DNA of 64,000 bases, from contig NC_073414.1 in NCBI RefSeq assembly GCF_028641065.1, positions 1,426,001 to 1,490,000 on the forward strand, written 5' to 3'. This stretch comes from Leucoraja erinacea. Lineage: Eukaryota. The position numbers and the translations under genes are program-made. Positions 25,301 through 37,781 of the stretch are shown piece by piece. Position 1 is the first letter of the stretch, and each line of letters opens with the position of its first letter. The notes beneath the pieces are model-generated. The model ran no database searches and was not told where the DNA came from. It worked only from the letters and a program-made list of their open reading frames with translations.

Positions 25301-25600
25301 GCGGCATGGTGGTGCAGCGGGTAGAGCTGCTGCCTCACAGCACCAGAGACCCGGGTTCCATCCTGACTACAGGTGCTGTCTGTGTGGAGTTTGCACGTTC
25401 TCCCCGTGGGTTTTCTCCGGGCGCTCCGGTTTCCTCCCACACTCCAAAGACGTGCAGGTTTGTAGGTTAATTGGCTTTGGTAAAAAGTGTAAATTGTCCC
25501 TCGTGGGTGTGGGATAGTGTTAGTGTGCGGGGATCGCTGGTCGGCACGGACTCAGTGGGCTGAAGGGCCTGTTTCCGCGCTGTATCTCTAAACTAAACTA
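25301..25600 (+). mobile_element. HE1-type V-SINE
   Basis: Same structure with a (ctaaa)n tail. Further copies at about 8925-9205, 11625-11900, 22255-22575, 30808-31050, 39080-39300, 47615-47870, 49385-49610 and 55060-55338. Confidence 0.85.
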
Positions 25601-25604
25601 AGTG

Positions 25605-25925
25605 ATAGACACAAAAAGCTGGAGTAACTCAGCGTGTTAGGCAGGCAGCATCTCTGGAGAACATTGAACATTGACTTCTCTAACTTCAAGTAGCTCTTGC
25701 TTTCCCTCTCTCTCCATCCGCTTTCCCAGTTCTCCCACCAGTCTTACTGTCTCCGACTACATTCTATCCATGTCCCGCCCACTCCCCTGACATCAGTCTA
25801 AAGAAGGGTCTCAACCCAAAATGTCACCCATTCCTTCTCTCCAGAGATGCTGCCTGTCCCGCTGAGTTACTCCAGCTTTTTGTGTCTATCTTCGGTTTAA
25901 ACCAGCATCTGCAGTTCCTTCCTAA
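25605..25925 (+). mobile_element. Short PLE derivative with an inverted 5' terminal repeat
   Basis: Minus-oriented terminal repeat (25605-25660) followed by a plus-oriented endonuclease end, UTR and terminal repeat. Confidence 0.75.
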
Positions 25926-28271
25926 ACTTTATAATATATTTGTTCTCTGGTTGTTCCCCGACTGATGTCTGCTTGGTTTGTCCTGGCTCATCTCCCAGAG
26001 ATATCCTTCAAGAAATTGTTTGAGAAGGAACTGCAGATGCTGGAAAAATGAAGGTAGACAAAAATGCTGGAGAATCCTTCAAGGAATCTCTTTGGATCGG
26101 AGAGATTCTAGCCAGTGTCCCTTAGATATAACGCCACAAACTCCTCCCCCTCTTTGGCCTTTATGTTGGGACTGGTATCTGGGGACGGAAGAGAAAGGTT
26201 TCCCACTTCAGAGAAGTCTCTCATGGTTCGTTCTACAAATCCAATCAACTTCACTCAGCCAGCCCCAACCCACTGTCAAGAAAAGAGATTTATTTCTGTG
26301 TCGTTACTTACGTTCAGTTGTGCCTTTTAGTCACTGTGGGTTTTCCCCTAAAGTGTGTTAAAACTCCACGGTTCCAATCTCGGCAAGCCTTCCCAGCAAG
26401 TATCGTTGATGTATCAAATGCTGAAAATAGCAGAATTCATTACTCAGTCTTTCCCTGCCACTTGCCCATGCTGACTTGTGATGCAATGCCGGTGGCAAGA
26501 GACAGTCACATCAGTGCAACACTAATGATCACAAACCCCACACCACGGAGTTTGCACGTTCTCCCGGGACCTGCGTGGGTTTTCTCCGGGTGCTCCGGTT
26601 TCCTCCCACACTCCCCAAGACGTACAGGTTTGTAGATTAATATAACCACATAACCATATAACAATTACAGCACGGAAACAGGCCATCTCGGCCCTACAAG
26701 TCCGTGCCGAACAACTTTTTATCCCTTAGTTCCACCTGCCTGCACTCATACCATAACCCTCCATTCCCTTCTCATCCATATGCCTATCCAATTTATTTTT
26801 AAATGATACCAATGAACCTGCCTCCACCACTTCCACTGGAAGCTCAACTGGAATATAACTTTCTACACTTACAATAGACAATAGGTGCAGGAGTAGAGGC
26901 CATTCGGCCCTTCGACCCAGCACCGCCATTCAATGTGATCATGGCTGATCATCCCCAATCAGTACCCCGTTCCTGCCTTCTCCCCATATCCCCTGACTCC
27001 GCTATCTTTAGGAGCCCTATCTAGCTCTCTCTTGAACGCTTTCAGAGAACCTGCCTCCACCGCCCTCTGAGGCAGAGAATTCCACAGATTCACAACTCCC
27101 TGGCTGATCTTCAATCAAGCATTAGAATCTCAACACTCTTTTAAACCTCCGTTCCTACAGATACATAGTGAAGGGCTCGATTATAACCATGTTCTCATAG
27201 ACAATAGGTGCAGGAGGAGGCCATTCGGCCCTTCGAGCCAGCACACCCATTCAATGTGATCATGGCTGACCATCCCCAATCAGTACCCCATTCCTGCCTT
27301 CCCCCCATATCCCCTGACTCCGCTATCTTTAAGAGCCCTATCTAGCTCTCTCTTGAACGCATCCAGAGAACCGGCTTCCACCGGCCTCTGAGGCAGAGAA
27401 TTCCACAGACTCACCACTCTCTGTGTTACCTTTTTTTAAACTTCCCCACCCTGGCTACAAACTCTGTACAGACAGCGCCCATAGTCAGGATGGAACCCGG
27501 GTCTCTGGCGCTGTGAGGCGCTATCGTGCTCCAGTTTTCTCCCACATTCCAAAGACGTGCAGTTTTATAGGTGAATTGACCTCAGTAATTTGACCTTGGG
27601 TTTTTGGGTGTGAACGGGTGGAGAACCTGTCCCACTTACGCAACTTTTTCGGCGACTGCCGGCACCCGTCATAGGTTGCAGCAGGTCTCCGAAACTTTTC
27701 AACTTGTTGAAAATCCAGCAGTGTTTTTCCGGAGCTCCCGCAACAACAGCTTTGTCCGCTGGACTGGAGGGCGGCAGATTCAACCGCGGGACGCATCCAG
27801 TTCGGATTCAGCCGCGGGTCTTGCTCACCGTTACCCAGCGGGATCACAACATCGCAGGCCTGGATCGCCTCAGCACAGAGGGATAGCAAGGAGGGAAGAG
27901 ACAATGACTTTGGGACTTTAAACTGTGTTGAGTGTTTGTATTGTATTGTATATCTTTATTGTCATTTCCTGAGTATTCACATACCCAGAGGAAACAAAAA
28001 AACGTTTCTCAACCAGTGTCCATTCAGTGTGCATTAAAAATAAATAGAAATAAAAATACATATATCATGAACAAATTTAACACTCTACTAAACATTCAAC
28101 AGGCATTCCGATCGGCAGCGGCACAACAGTGGCTCTGCTGCAGTGTGTCCAGGTTGGGGGTTTGTGCGCGATACTTGGCAGGGGGCAAAGTCCGTTTATC
28201 AGTCTTATAGCCTGCGGGAAGAAGCTGAGGAGCATCCTGCTGGTTTTGCAGCTAATGCTCCTGTACCTCTT

Positions 28272-28750
28272 AGAAACATAGAAACATAGAAATTAGGTGC
28301 AGGAGTAGGCCATTCGGCCCTTCGAGCCTGCACCGCCATTTAATATGATCATGGCTGATCATCCAACTCAGTATCCCGTACCTGCCTTTTCTCCATACCC
28401 TCTGATCCCCTTGGCCACAAGGGCCACATCTAACTCCCTCTTAAATATAGCCAATGAACTGGCCTCAACTACCCTCTGTGGCAGAGAGTTCCAGAGATTC
28501 ACCACTCTCTGTGTGAAAAAAGTTCTCCTCATCTCGGTTTTAAAGGATTTCCCCCTTATCCTTAAGCTGTGACCCCTTGTCCTGGACTTCCCCAACATCG
28601 GAAACAATCTTCCTGCATCTAGCCTGTCCAACCCCTTAAGAATTTTGTAAGTTTCTATAAGATCCCCTCTCAATCTCCTAAACTCTAGAGAGTATAAACC
28701 AAGTCTATCCAGTCTTTCTTCATAAGACAGTCCTGACATCCCAGGAATCA
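28272..28750 (-). mobile_element. HER1/CR1-type LINE 3' fragment (little decayed)
   Basis: Open 123-aa frame LSYEERL..LGLYSLE.RRLRGDLIETYKI...RTRGH...FFTQRVVNLWNSLP with (tttctatg)n tail. Similar copies at ~17890-18190, 23520-23890, 41530-41900, 42530-42960, 43670-44295 and 58255-58480. Confidence 0.85.
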
Positions 28751-29502
28751 GGGATGGCAGGATGGAGAATATGTCATGCGATGGGTGGTAGGGGTCTTTG
28801 ATGATGGAGATGGCTCTGCTGATACATCTCTTCCTGTATATGTCCAGCAGGAAAGGGAGTGGAGCACCAATAATCCTGTTTGTTTGTTTTGTTATTTATT
28901 CTATGTAATGACTGCAGGCAATGAAAAGTGCAATGACAATAAAAATGAATCTAATCTAATCTAAAAAAAAGTTATGATTATAATCGAGCCGTCCACAATG
29001 AACAGATACACGACTACTCACGACCATCCAGACTTCACCCCGCGACATGTCGCCTGTACGGTCATGAGTCGTCTCCTCAGTCGCCCAAAGAGTCGTTGCG
29101 TCTTTCTGGTCACTGCCGGATTTTCAACGCTTTGAACATTTTCGCCGACCTGCAATGACCTACGACGGATGCCGGCAGTCTCCGAAAAAGTTGCGTAAGT
29201 GGGACAGGCCAGGCATCTCATTCTTACCCGTCAGATCGAGACAATGGTAGAAATATGACTGGATATAATCATGAATGGAAAATAATACGAATCTCACTGA
29301 AACATCACTGAAAAATCTCAAAGGTCAGATCCTCAAAATGAAACACATTGTGTCTGAACTTGGTTTCTAACAAAGGAATTCCCTGAGACATCGCCCGTAT
29401 CTGCCTTCATTGCCTTTTCTTAGATACAGAGTATTCCCTAACCCGAAATGGACACTTTAAGCATTGATAAGGAAATTAGAGACGCCTTTGTGAGCAGAAT
29501 AA

Positions 29503-29810
29503 GGGCCGGCACGGTGGTGCAGCGGGTAGAGCTGCTGCCTCACAGCGCCAGAGACCCGGGTTCCATCCCGACTACGGGTGCTGTCTGTACGGAGTTTGCA
29601 CGTTCTCCCCGTGGGTTTTCTCCAGGTGCTCCGGTTTACTCCCACACTCCAAAGACGTGCAGGTTTGTAGGTTGATGGGCTTGGTAGGATTGTAAATTGT
29701 CCCTAGTGTGTGTAGGGTAGTGTAAGTGTGCGGGGATCGCTGGTCGGCACGGACTCGGTGGGCTAAAGAGGCTGCAAATGTTTCAGTGTTGTATCTCCAA
29801 ACCAAAACTA
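29503..29810 (+). mobile_element. HE1-type V-SINE
   Basis: tRNA-like head, V-domain and tail. Confidence 0.8.
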
Positions 29811-29899
29811 GGAGGGAAGGAGAGAAATTGGACAAATAATAGACGATATATTCAAAGCGGCATTGAGCTGTAAAGGATGAAATCCTCGTGACCTGATGT

Positions 29900-30500
29900 C
29901 AAAATAAAAACCTTTCTCTCAATGTCAGCGAGACTAAGGAGATAGTGATCAACTTCAGGAAGTGAAACATACATACACACCCCGGTATACTTTGGCAGCA
30001 CAGAATAGAGTTGAAAGTTGCACGTTCCTTGGAGTAAATATCACCAACAATTTGTCCCCATTGAAGCTGTGGCCAAGAAGCCAAACCAACGCCTCTACTT
30101 CCTTAGAAGGTTTAAGAAGTTCAGCATGTCCCCAACAACTCTCGCCAACTTCTACAGATGGGTCGTAGAAAACATTTTATCCGGATGCATCACAGCTCGG
30201 TTTGGGACCAGCTCCACTCAAGACCGCAAGAAATCGCAGCGAATTGTGGACGCAGCCCAGACCATCGCACACACAAACCAACCTCCCTTCCATTGACTCC
30301 ATCTACACCTCACGCTGCCTCGGCAAGGCCAGCAGCATCATCAAGGACCAGTCTCACCCCCGGCCACTCCCTCTTCTCCCCTCTCCCATCGGGCAAGAGG
30401 TACAGAAGTGTGAAAACAAACGCACACACCTCCAGATACAGGGACAGTTTCTTCCCGGCTGTTATCAGGCAACTGAACCATCCTACCCCAACCAGAGAGT
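29900..30500 (+). mobile_element. Rex1/Babar-type LINE 3' fragment
   Basis: Encodes KK.NQRLYFLRRFKKF...LANFYR...ILSGCIT and LPSGKRYRS...DSFFP. Confidence 0.8.
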
Positions 30501-31084
30501 GGTCCTGAGCTACTACCTACCTCTGGAGACCCTCAGACTAACTGACTGAAGAAGGGTCCCGGCCCGAAACGTTGCCTATTCCTTCTCTCCATAGATGCTG
30601 CCTCACTCGCTAAGTTTCTCCAGCATTTTTGTCTACCTCAGACTATCTTTGATCAGTCTTTACTGGACGATATCTTGCCTTAAACATTATTCCCTTAGCA
30701 TGTATCTGTACACTGTGGACGGCTCGATTGTAATCATATATTGTCTTTCCGCTGACTGGATAGCATGCAGCAAAAGCTTTTCACTGTACCTCGGTACACG
30801 TGACAATGAGATACAGTGCGGAAACAGGCCCTTCGGCCCACCGAGTCCGCGCTGACAAGCAATTACCCTGTATACTAGCACTCTGCTACACACTGGAGAA
30901 AATGTACAATTTTACCAATTCCAATTAACCTACAAACCCGCAAGTCTATGGAGTGTGGGAGGAAACCGGAGCACCCAGAGAAAACCCACGCAGATCACGG
31001 GGAGAACGTGCAAACTCTGTACAGACAGCACCCGTAGTCAGGATCGAAACTGCCCCACTGAACTAATCTAAACTCTGAGAGCCA

Positions 31085-31465
31085 GGATAGACACAAAATG
31101 CCGGAGTAACTCAGCGGGACAGGCAGCATCTCTGGAGAGAAGGAATGGGTGACGTTTTGGGTTGAGACCCTTCTTCAGACTGACGTCAGGGGAGTGGGCG
31201 GGACAAGGATAGAATGTAGTCGGAGACAGTAAGACTAGTGGGAGAACTGGGAAGGAGGAGGGGATGGAGAGAGAGGGAAAGCAGGGGCTACTTGAAGTTA
31301 GAGATGTCAATGTTCATACCCCTGGGGTGTAAACTGCCCAGGTGAAATATGAGGTGCTGTTCCTCCAATTTGCGCTGGGCCTCACTCTGACAATGGAGGA
31401 GGCCCAGGACAGAAAGGTCAGTGTGGGAATGGGAGGGGGAGTTGAAATGCTGAGCAACCGAGAGC
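31085..31465 (-). mobile_element. Penelope-like element 3' fragment
   Basis: Endonuclease C-terminus (LEEQHLIFHLGSL.P.GMNID), pyrimidine-rich UTR and terminal repeat. Similar pieces at ~32900-33510, 40905-41130 and 50500-51065. Confidence 0.8.
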
Positions 31466-31780
31466 CAGCATAGCCCTCAATGGGCTGAATGGCCTCCTTG
31501 TTCGTGGGGGGCGAGGTAGAGAGTGGGGTGTTAGTTATAAACGGAGGCTGCAAATGCACGCTGCCGCACCAACGTTACAACAACAGGAAGTGCTTGTTCT
31601 GAGGTGAAGCAGGAGTGGTGAAAGTTGTGCTGAGATATTGTCTACCTGCCCCGATCCACAAAGTGTGTGTGTGTGCAGACAAGTGACTGCTCATGCCCAG
31701 ACAGATTATAATCTAAATTAAACTCAGTAGATAGAACACAGAACAGTACAGTACATGAACAGGCCCTTCAGCCTGCAATC

Positions 31781-32085
31781 TTTAGTTTAGTTTAGAGATA
31801 CGGAGCGGAAACAGGCCCTTCGGCCCACCGATTCTGTGCCTACCAGCGATCCCCGCACACTAACACTATCCTACACACACCAAGGACAATTGTGCATTTA
31901 TACCAAGCCAATTAACCCACGAATCTGTACGTTTTTGGAGTGTGGGAGGAAACCAGTGCACCCCGGAGAAAACCCACGCAGGTCACGGGGAGAACGTGCA
32001 AACTCCGTACAGACAGCACCCGTAGTCAAGATCGAACCCGGGTCTCTGGCGCTGTGAGGTAGCAGCTCTACCCGCTGCACCACCG
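31781..32085 (-). mobile_element. HE1-type V-SINE
   Basis: Reverse-complement copy with box A/B and a (ctaaa)n tail. Confidence 0.8.
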
Positions 32086-32329
32086 TTCCGTGCAACATTT
32101 CCTACATGTTGTGATAGTCCCAGCCTCAACTACCTCCTCTGGCAGCTCGTTCCATACACCCACCACCCTCTGTGTGAAAAAGTTACCCCTCAGATTCCTA
32201 ATTAATCTTTTCCCCTTCACCTTGAACCTGTGTCCTCTGGTCCTCGATTCCCCTACTCTGGGCAAGAGACTCTGTGCATCTACCCGATCTATTCCTCTCA
32301 TGATCTTATGCACCTATTTAAGTGACCCC

Positions 32330-32330
<1 letters not shown>

Positions 32331-32381
<51 letters not shown>
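32331..32381. repeat. (GATA)n microsatellite
   Basis: About 12 perfect units. Confidence 0.95.
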
Positions 32382-32382
<1 letters not shown>

Positions 32383-33559
32383 CCTTTTATTGTCATTCAG
32401 ACCGAAGTCTGAACGAAATCCTCCTGCGCTCCATGGATTAGAGACCCAGCCTACTCAACCTCTCCCTGTAGCTCACACCCTCTAGTCCTGGCAACATCCT
32501 CGTGAATCTTCTCTGAACCCTTTCAAGCTTGATAAAACATCTTTCCTATAACACGGTGCCCAGAACGGAACACAATACTCTAACTGCGGTCTCACCAACG
32601 TCTTATGCAACTGCAACGTGACCTCCCAACGTCTATACTCATTTCACGACGAGGTGAACCTCTGACCTGGTTCTCCACAGATGCTAATCTGATTCGTTTT
32701 TACCCACCCAATGTTGCTCACTAACGACAAAATGAATTACAATAACAGCTCGTATGGTTTATGTTCGATTTTACCACGCAACCACGGAAGAACCGCATGG
32801 CCACACGACAAGCAAAGAGACACGAGAGAAGTATGAAATATTCACGATTTGTCACCTCCCTCCATGAAACTGTGACAGGGATCGATAACGTTTGCTGAAG
32901 ATAGACACAGAATGCTGGAGTAACTCAGCGGGACCGGCAGCATCTCTGGAGAGAAGGAAATAGGCGACGTTTCTGGTCCAAACCCTTCTTCAGACAGAGT
33001 CAGGGGAGAGGGAAAGGAGACATCTAGACGGTGATGCAGAGAGATAATGAACAATGAATGAAAGAAATTAAACAAAAGTAACAATGAAATAAAGGAAAGA
33101 GGCCATTGTTAGCTGTGGGCGAGGTAAAAACAGGTAACAGACAATGAGACTCAACAAGATAACTTTGAAGGTAGACAAAAATGCTGGAGAAACTCAGCGG
33201 GTGCAGCAGCATTTATGGAGCGAAGGAAATAGGCGACGTTTCGGGCCGAAACCCTGAAGGAAATAGGCAACGTTTCGGGCCGAAATCCTTCTTCAGACTT
33301 TGAACATGGTACACCTTGGGTGGGGGAGGGATGGAGAAGGAGGGGTGATTCAAGGATTACTTGAAGTTAGAGGAATCAATATTCAGGACTCTCAGTCTGA
33401 AGAAGGGTCTCGACCCTACTCCTTTTCTCCAGAGATGCTGACTGTCCCGCTGAATTACTCCAACTTTTTGTGTCTATCTTCAGTTTAAACCAGCATCTGC
33501 AGTTCCTTCCTACACAAGAAAATGTTCTGCATTTCTTTAGGACCTTAGTGTGCAGGGTT

Positions 33560-34240
33560 CCCAAAAAGTTAATTTGTGAGTGGAATCGATATTAAGGAAG
33601 GCAAACGCAATGCTAGCGTTTATTTCGAGAGGACTAGAATATTAAAACAGGCCGAGGTTTGATAAGGCACTGGTCAGATCGCAGTTGGAGTACTGAGAGC
33701 AACTTTGCGCCCCCATATCTGATGAAGGATGTGCCGGCTCTGGAGAGGGTCCAGAGGAGGTTTACAAGAACGATCCCAGTAATGAGTGGGTTAACATATG
33801 ATGAGCGTTTACCAACACTGGGCCTGTACTCGCTGGAGTTTAGAAGAATGAGGGGGACCTCATTGAAACTTACTGAATAGTGAAAGGCCTGGATAGAGTG
33901 GATGTGGAGAGGATGTTTCCACTAGTGGGAGAGTCTAGGACTAGAGGGCACAGCCTCAGAATTAAAGGACTTACCTTTTGAAAGGAGATGAGGAGGAACT
34001 TCTTTAGTCAGAGGGTGGTGAATCTGTGGGATTATTTGCCACACAGACGGCTGTGGGGGCCACAAGTCAGTGGATATTTTTAAGGCAGAGGTAGATAGAT
34101 TCTTGATTAGTGCGGGTGTCAGGGGTTATGGGGAGAAGGCAGGAGAATGGGGTTGAGAGGGAGAGATAGATCAGCCATGATTGAATGGCGGAGTAGACTT
34201 GATGGGCCGAATGGCCTAATTCTACTCCTATCACTTATGA
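33560..34240 (+). mobile_element. HER1/CR1-type LINE 3' fragment
   Basis: Encodes APPYLMKDVPALERVQRRFTR..P.MSGLTYDERL..LGLYSLEFRRMRG, followed by 3' UTR. Confidence 0.85.
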
Positions 34241-35062
34241 ATCTTCCTAACCCCAGTGTGTCCCAAAGACTATATGGCTAAGGACTAACTTGGTACAGCT
34301 GGTGAGGCCACTGGCCCACATCTCCATTCCCCCCGTTCAATCTCCCCACTGGATAAAACATAGGTAGAAAGACGATGAACGTGCAAACTCCCCATAAAGA
34401 GCGTGGGTTTCCTCCGACTGCCCGGTTTCCTCCCACAACCCAAAGGCACTCGAGTTTGTAGGTTCATCGTCTTCTGCAAATCGCCCCTGGTGTGTAGAGA
34501 GGGGGTGGTCAAATCTGGAACATCGTAGACTTACAACATCCCGAGGGAAATTAAGAACCAGACAACTAGGTTTTAAGTGAGAGGGGAAAGATTTAATAGG
34601 AATCTGAGGGGTAACTTTTTCACACAGTGGGTGCATGGAACGAGCTGCCAGAGGAGGTAGTTGAGGCAGGTACATCAACACCTTTGAACAGACAGGTAGA
34701 TAATAGACAATAGACAATGTGAAGGAGTAGGCCATTAGTCCCTTTGAGCCAGCACTTACTCCTTAGTCTTAAACTGTGTGTGTGGCCCCTGGTTCTGGAC
34801 TCCCCCAACATCGGGAACATGTTTCCTGCCTCTAGTACATGGATAGATATGAAAGTTTTAGAGGGACATGGGCCAAATGTTGGCAGGTGCAACTGTTGTA
34901 GATGGGACATCTTGGTCAGCATGGACAAGTTGGGCTGAAGGGCCTGTTTCCAACGCTGCATGCCTGTATAAACCCAGCGATCAGGCAGCATCTTTGGAGA
35001 AGGTTTGGGATCTGGACCCATCTTCATGCTGTACAGTTTCCCAGAAGATCCACCCCTATTCC

Positions 35063-36091
35063 TCAGTTCCCCGGCAACACATCACACCTGTTGCCCAATG
35101 GGATGCCGGTAAAGTCGGGCTTGAAGTGTTTGCTGAAGACGCCCAGGCAAGGGAAGAGGTCCCGGAACGCATCCCAGAAGGTCCTTATCCTGAAGACGTA
35201 GACTATGGGGTTGACCACCGAGTTGGCGTGGGACAAGATGATGGTGGCGAGCATGAGAGGGGTCGGGATGTGGTAATGTGGGCAGAACAGCTCGATGCAG
35301 TTGAGGATGTGGATAGGGATCCAACTGAGGGTGAAGCAGAAAAGAAGAATGAAGAGGGAGGTGGCCGTCCGCAGTTCCTTCCGGACAACCCTCCGGCGCT
35401 TCTCCTCCACGCTGATGTTGACGTGTCTCTCGGCTATTCTCCTGATCTGCCTGCGGGCCTCGGTGAAGATCTTGGCGTAGATGACAAACATGGCCAGCAG
35501 TGGGAGCAGCATGCAGAGGATGAAGTTGAAGTAGACCATGTAGGTCTGGTCAATGATGTTGTAGAAGATGCACGTCTCGTTGGGCGTAGCCGCCTTGCGC
35601 CAACCCATCAGCGGCACCAGGCCGATGACCACCGCCAGCGCCCAGGAGCCAAAGATGACCATGGCCGCGGACCTGTTGGTCACCAGCTGCTGGTAGCGGA
35701 AGGGAGCTAGCACGGCGATGTACCGCTCCACCGCCACGGCAAACAGCCCGAAGATGGAGGCTTGGGTCAGCACCAACATGCTGCACAACATGAGGACACA
35801 CAGGTAGTACCTGCACACCGGGAGGCCGAGATCAGACAGTAGGGCACAGGGAATTGCAATAGCGCCCACCAACATGTCCGCAACAGCCAACGACACCAGG
35901 AAGAAATTAGTCACTGTCCTCAACTTTCGTCTCCTGACCACGACAAAACAGATAAAAATGTTCCCCAGGACGGCAAAGAAAGCTGTGAAGACTTCCACGA
36001 AAAAATACCCTGCCTTGATGTGGAGAAAATCAGTGGTACAATTGATTTTACCGTGGGACAAATTGGATGGGACATCAACAAACACATCCAT
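35063..36091 (-). CDS. Adenosine-receptor-like GPCR with intronless CDS (candidate adorb/A2c-type, not clearly A1/A2A/A2B/A3)
   Basis: 342-aa ORF with perfect Kozak ccaccATGg. Adenosine-receptor motifs: TM1 Y...E, TNFFLVSLAVADMLVG..AIP, VLTQASIF, IGLVPLMGW, YMVYFNF, WIPIHILNC, LSHANSVVNPIVY.FRI. Acceptor tttttctcag ends at 36235. Confidence 0.9.
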   Translation of the reverse strand: MDVFVDVPSNLSHGKINCTTDFLHIKAGYFFVEVFTAFFAVLGNIFICFVVVRRRKLRTVTNFFLVSLAVADMLVGAIAIPCALLSDLGLPVCRYYLCVLMLCSMLVLTQASIFGLFAVAVERYIAVLAPFRYQQLVTNRSAAMVIFGSWALAVVIGLVPLMGWRKAATPNETCIFYNIIDQTYMVYFNFILCMLLPLLAMFVIYAKIFTEARRQIRRIAERHVNISVEEKRRRVVRKELRTATSLFILLFCFTLSWIPIHILNCIELFCPHYHIPTPLMLATIILSHANSVVNPIVYVFRIRTFWDAFRDLFPCLGVFSKHFKPDFTGIPLGNRCDVLPGN

Positions 36092-37627
36092 GGTGGAACG
36101 TCAACACACAAACTTCTTACTCCTTCTTATCTCATCTTCTTCTTCGTCCAATTCTTCATCGTTTCCACTGCTCGCAGTTCTTCATCCCCTCTCTCCACCG
36201 TGGATCAATCCTCAACCAGTGGATCCAGCCCCACCTGAGAAAAATGATAACAAAACAATTCAATCTTCAATCGGTTTCTAACCCTATCGCTAATCCCACC
36301 ATCCAATTCCTCCCGATCCCAGGCCGAGAAACAAATATCAACAAGCCACACCTTTCTAGGTTTGTAGGAAGGAACTGCAGATGCTGGTTTAAACCGAAGG
36401 AAGACACAAAATGCTGGAGTGACTCAGCGGGACAGGCAGCATCTCTGGAGAGAAGGAATGGGTGACGTTTCGGGTCGAGACCCTTCGTTAGAGGAAAAGG
36501 ACAGAGAGGAAACGGGTTGAGACTTCACAGTTTCAGGCACCAAACGGACTCAAGCAAACAGAGATAGACCCAAAAAACTGAGTTACTCCAGCACTCTGTG
36601 AAACGTCACCTATCCATGTTCTCCACAGATGCTGCCTGACCCCCTGAGTTACTCCAGCACTCTGTGTCTATCTGCGGTATAAACCAGCATCTGCTGTTCC
36701 TTGTTTCTCCAATGTTCATACCATTGGGTTTTAAGCTGCTCAAGTGGAATAAGTAGGAAGAAACTGCAGAGTTGGGTGTGGCCTCACTCTGGCCATGGAG
36801 GAGGTCCAGAACACAATATCAATACCCATTGTAAGGCTGTGTTTGCATCTGTGATCATCATGCATTAAAAAATATCATTTTCCTGAGATTGTGCTGTCAG
36901 TATAACTTGTGCTGTCAAGAAGGAACTGCAGGTGCTGGTTTACACTGAAGACAGACACAGAGTGCTGGAGTAACTCAGCGGGTCAGGCAGCATCTGTGGA
37001 GAACATGGATAGGTGACGTTTCACAGCGTGCTGGAGTAACTCAGTGGGTCAGGCAGAATCTGTGGAGAACATGGATAGGTGACGTTTCACAGAGTGCTGG
37101 AGTAACTCAGCGGGTCAGGCAGCATCTGTGGAGAGAAGGCATGGTTGAAGGTTGGATGGGAAGAGAAGGTTTCAACATACTGCTGAGTTGCTCCAGCATT
37201 TTGTGTCTGTCTTCAGTAGAATGTATAGCTGACCTCAATGAACTTCAGCATGCTAATCCTTTATGTAAACATCTTCTTCTTGCATATGACGTGCAACTTG
37301 TAGGACACCTTGTTCTATTTGATCTTGTTTGTTTGTGCACGTCACGTTGATGTCAGGGTGGACCACGCAATCTCCCACCTAAAGTCTAAATAATTCACGT
37401 CAAGACAACTTCCACTTTTGGGACCGAGGTAGATGCAACTCATCGCAGAGCTCAAGTAAGAGCGGGGAGTGGAAGCAAGGGAAACCACACGTTCCACAGC
37501 CGTGACGCAGGCTGGACAGGAACTACAGATGCTGGCTGAGACCAAAGGTAAACAAACGTTAAGGTAGACAAAAGTGCTGGAGAAACTCAGCGGGTGCAGC
37601 AGCATCTATGGGGTGAAGGAAATAGGC

Positions 37628-37655
37628 AACGTTTCGGGCCGAAACCCTTCTTCAG
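37628..37655 (-). ncRNA. Minimal type I hammerhead ribozyme motif (PLE-associated)
   Basis: Minus strand reads CTGAAGA-A-GGGT-TTCG-GCCC-GAAAC-GTT; identical copy at 50711-50738. Confidence 0.55.
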
Positions 37656-37737
37656 ACTATACGCCACATGCTGGCCGAGATCAGGTTGAGTTGAGCCTCA
37701 GCACCTTTACCTGCCTCAGCAAAAAAATATCACTTAC

Positions 37738-37781
37738 CTGTGCTGCTTTTCACCGTGATGCCATCTTCAGTCAACGTCACC
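37738..37781 (-). other. Candidate 5'-UTR exon of the adenosine-receptor-like gene
   Basis: 44-nt unique segment bounded by atgttgcag| and |gtaagt. A further strong donor CAG|gtgagt lies at 38140/38139. Confidence 0.35.

Noticed and set aside
34868-35710. 280-aa plus-strand ORF
   Set aside because: Antisense shadow of the GC-rich adenosine-receptor CDS.
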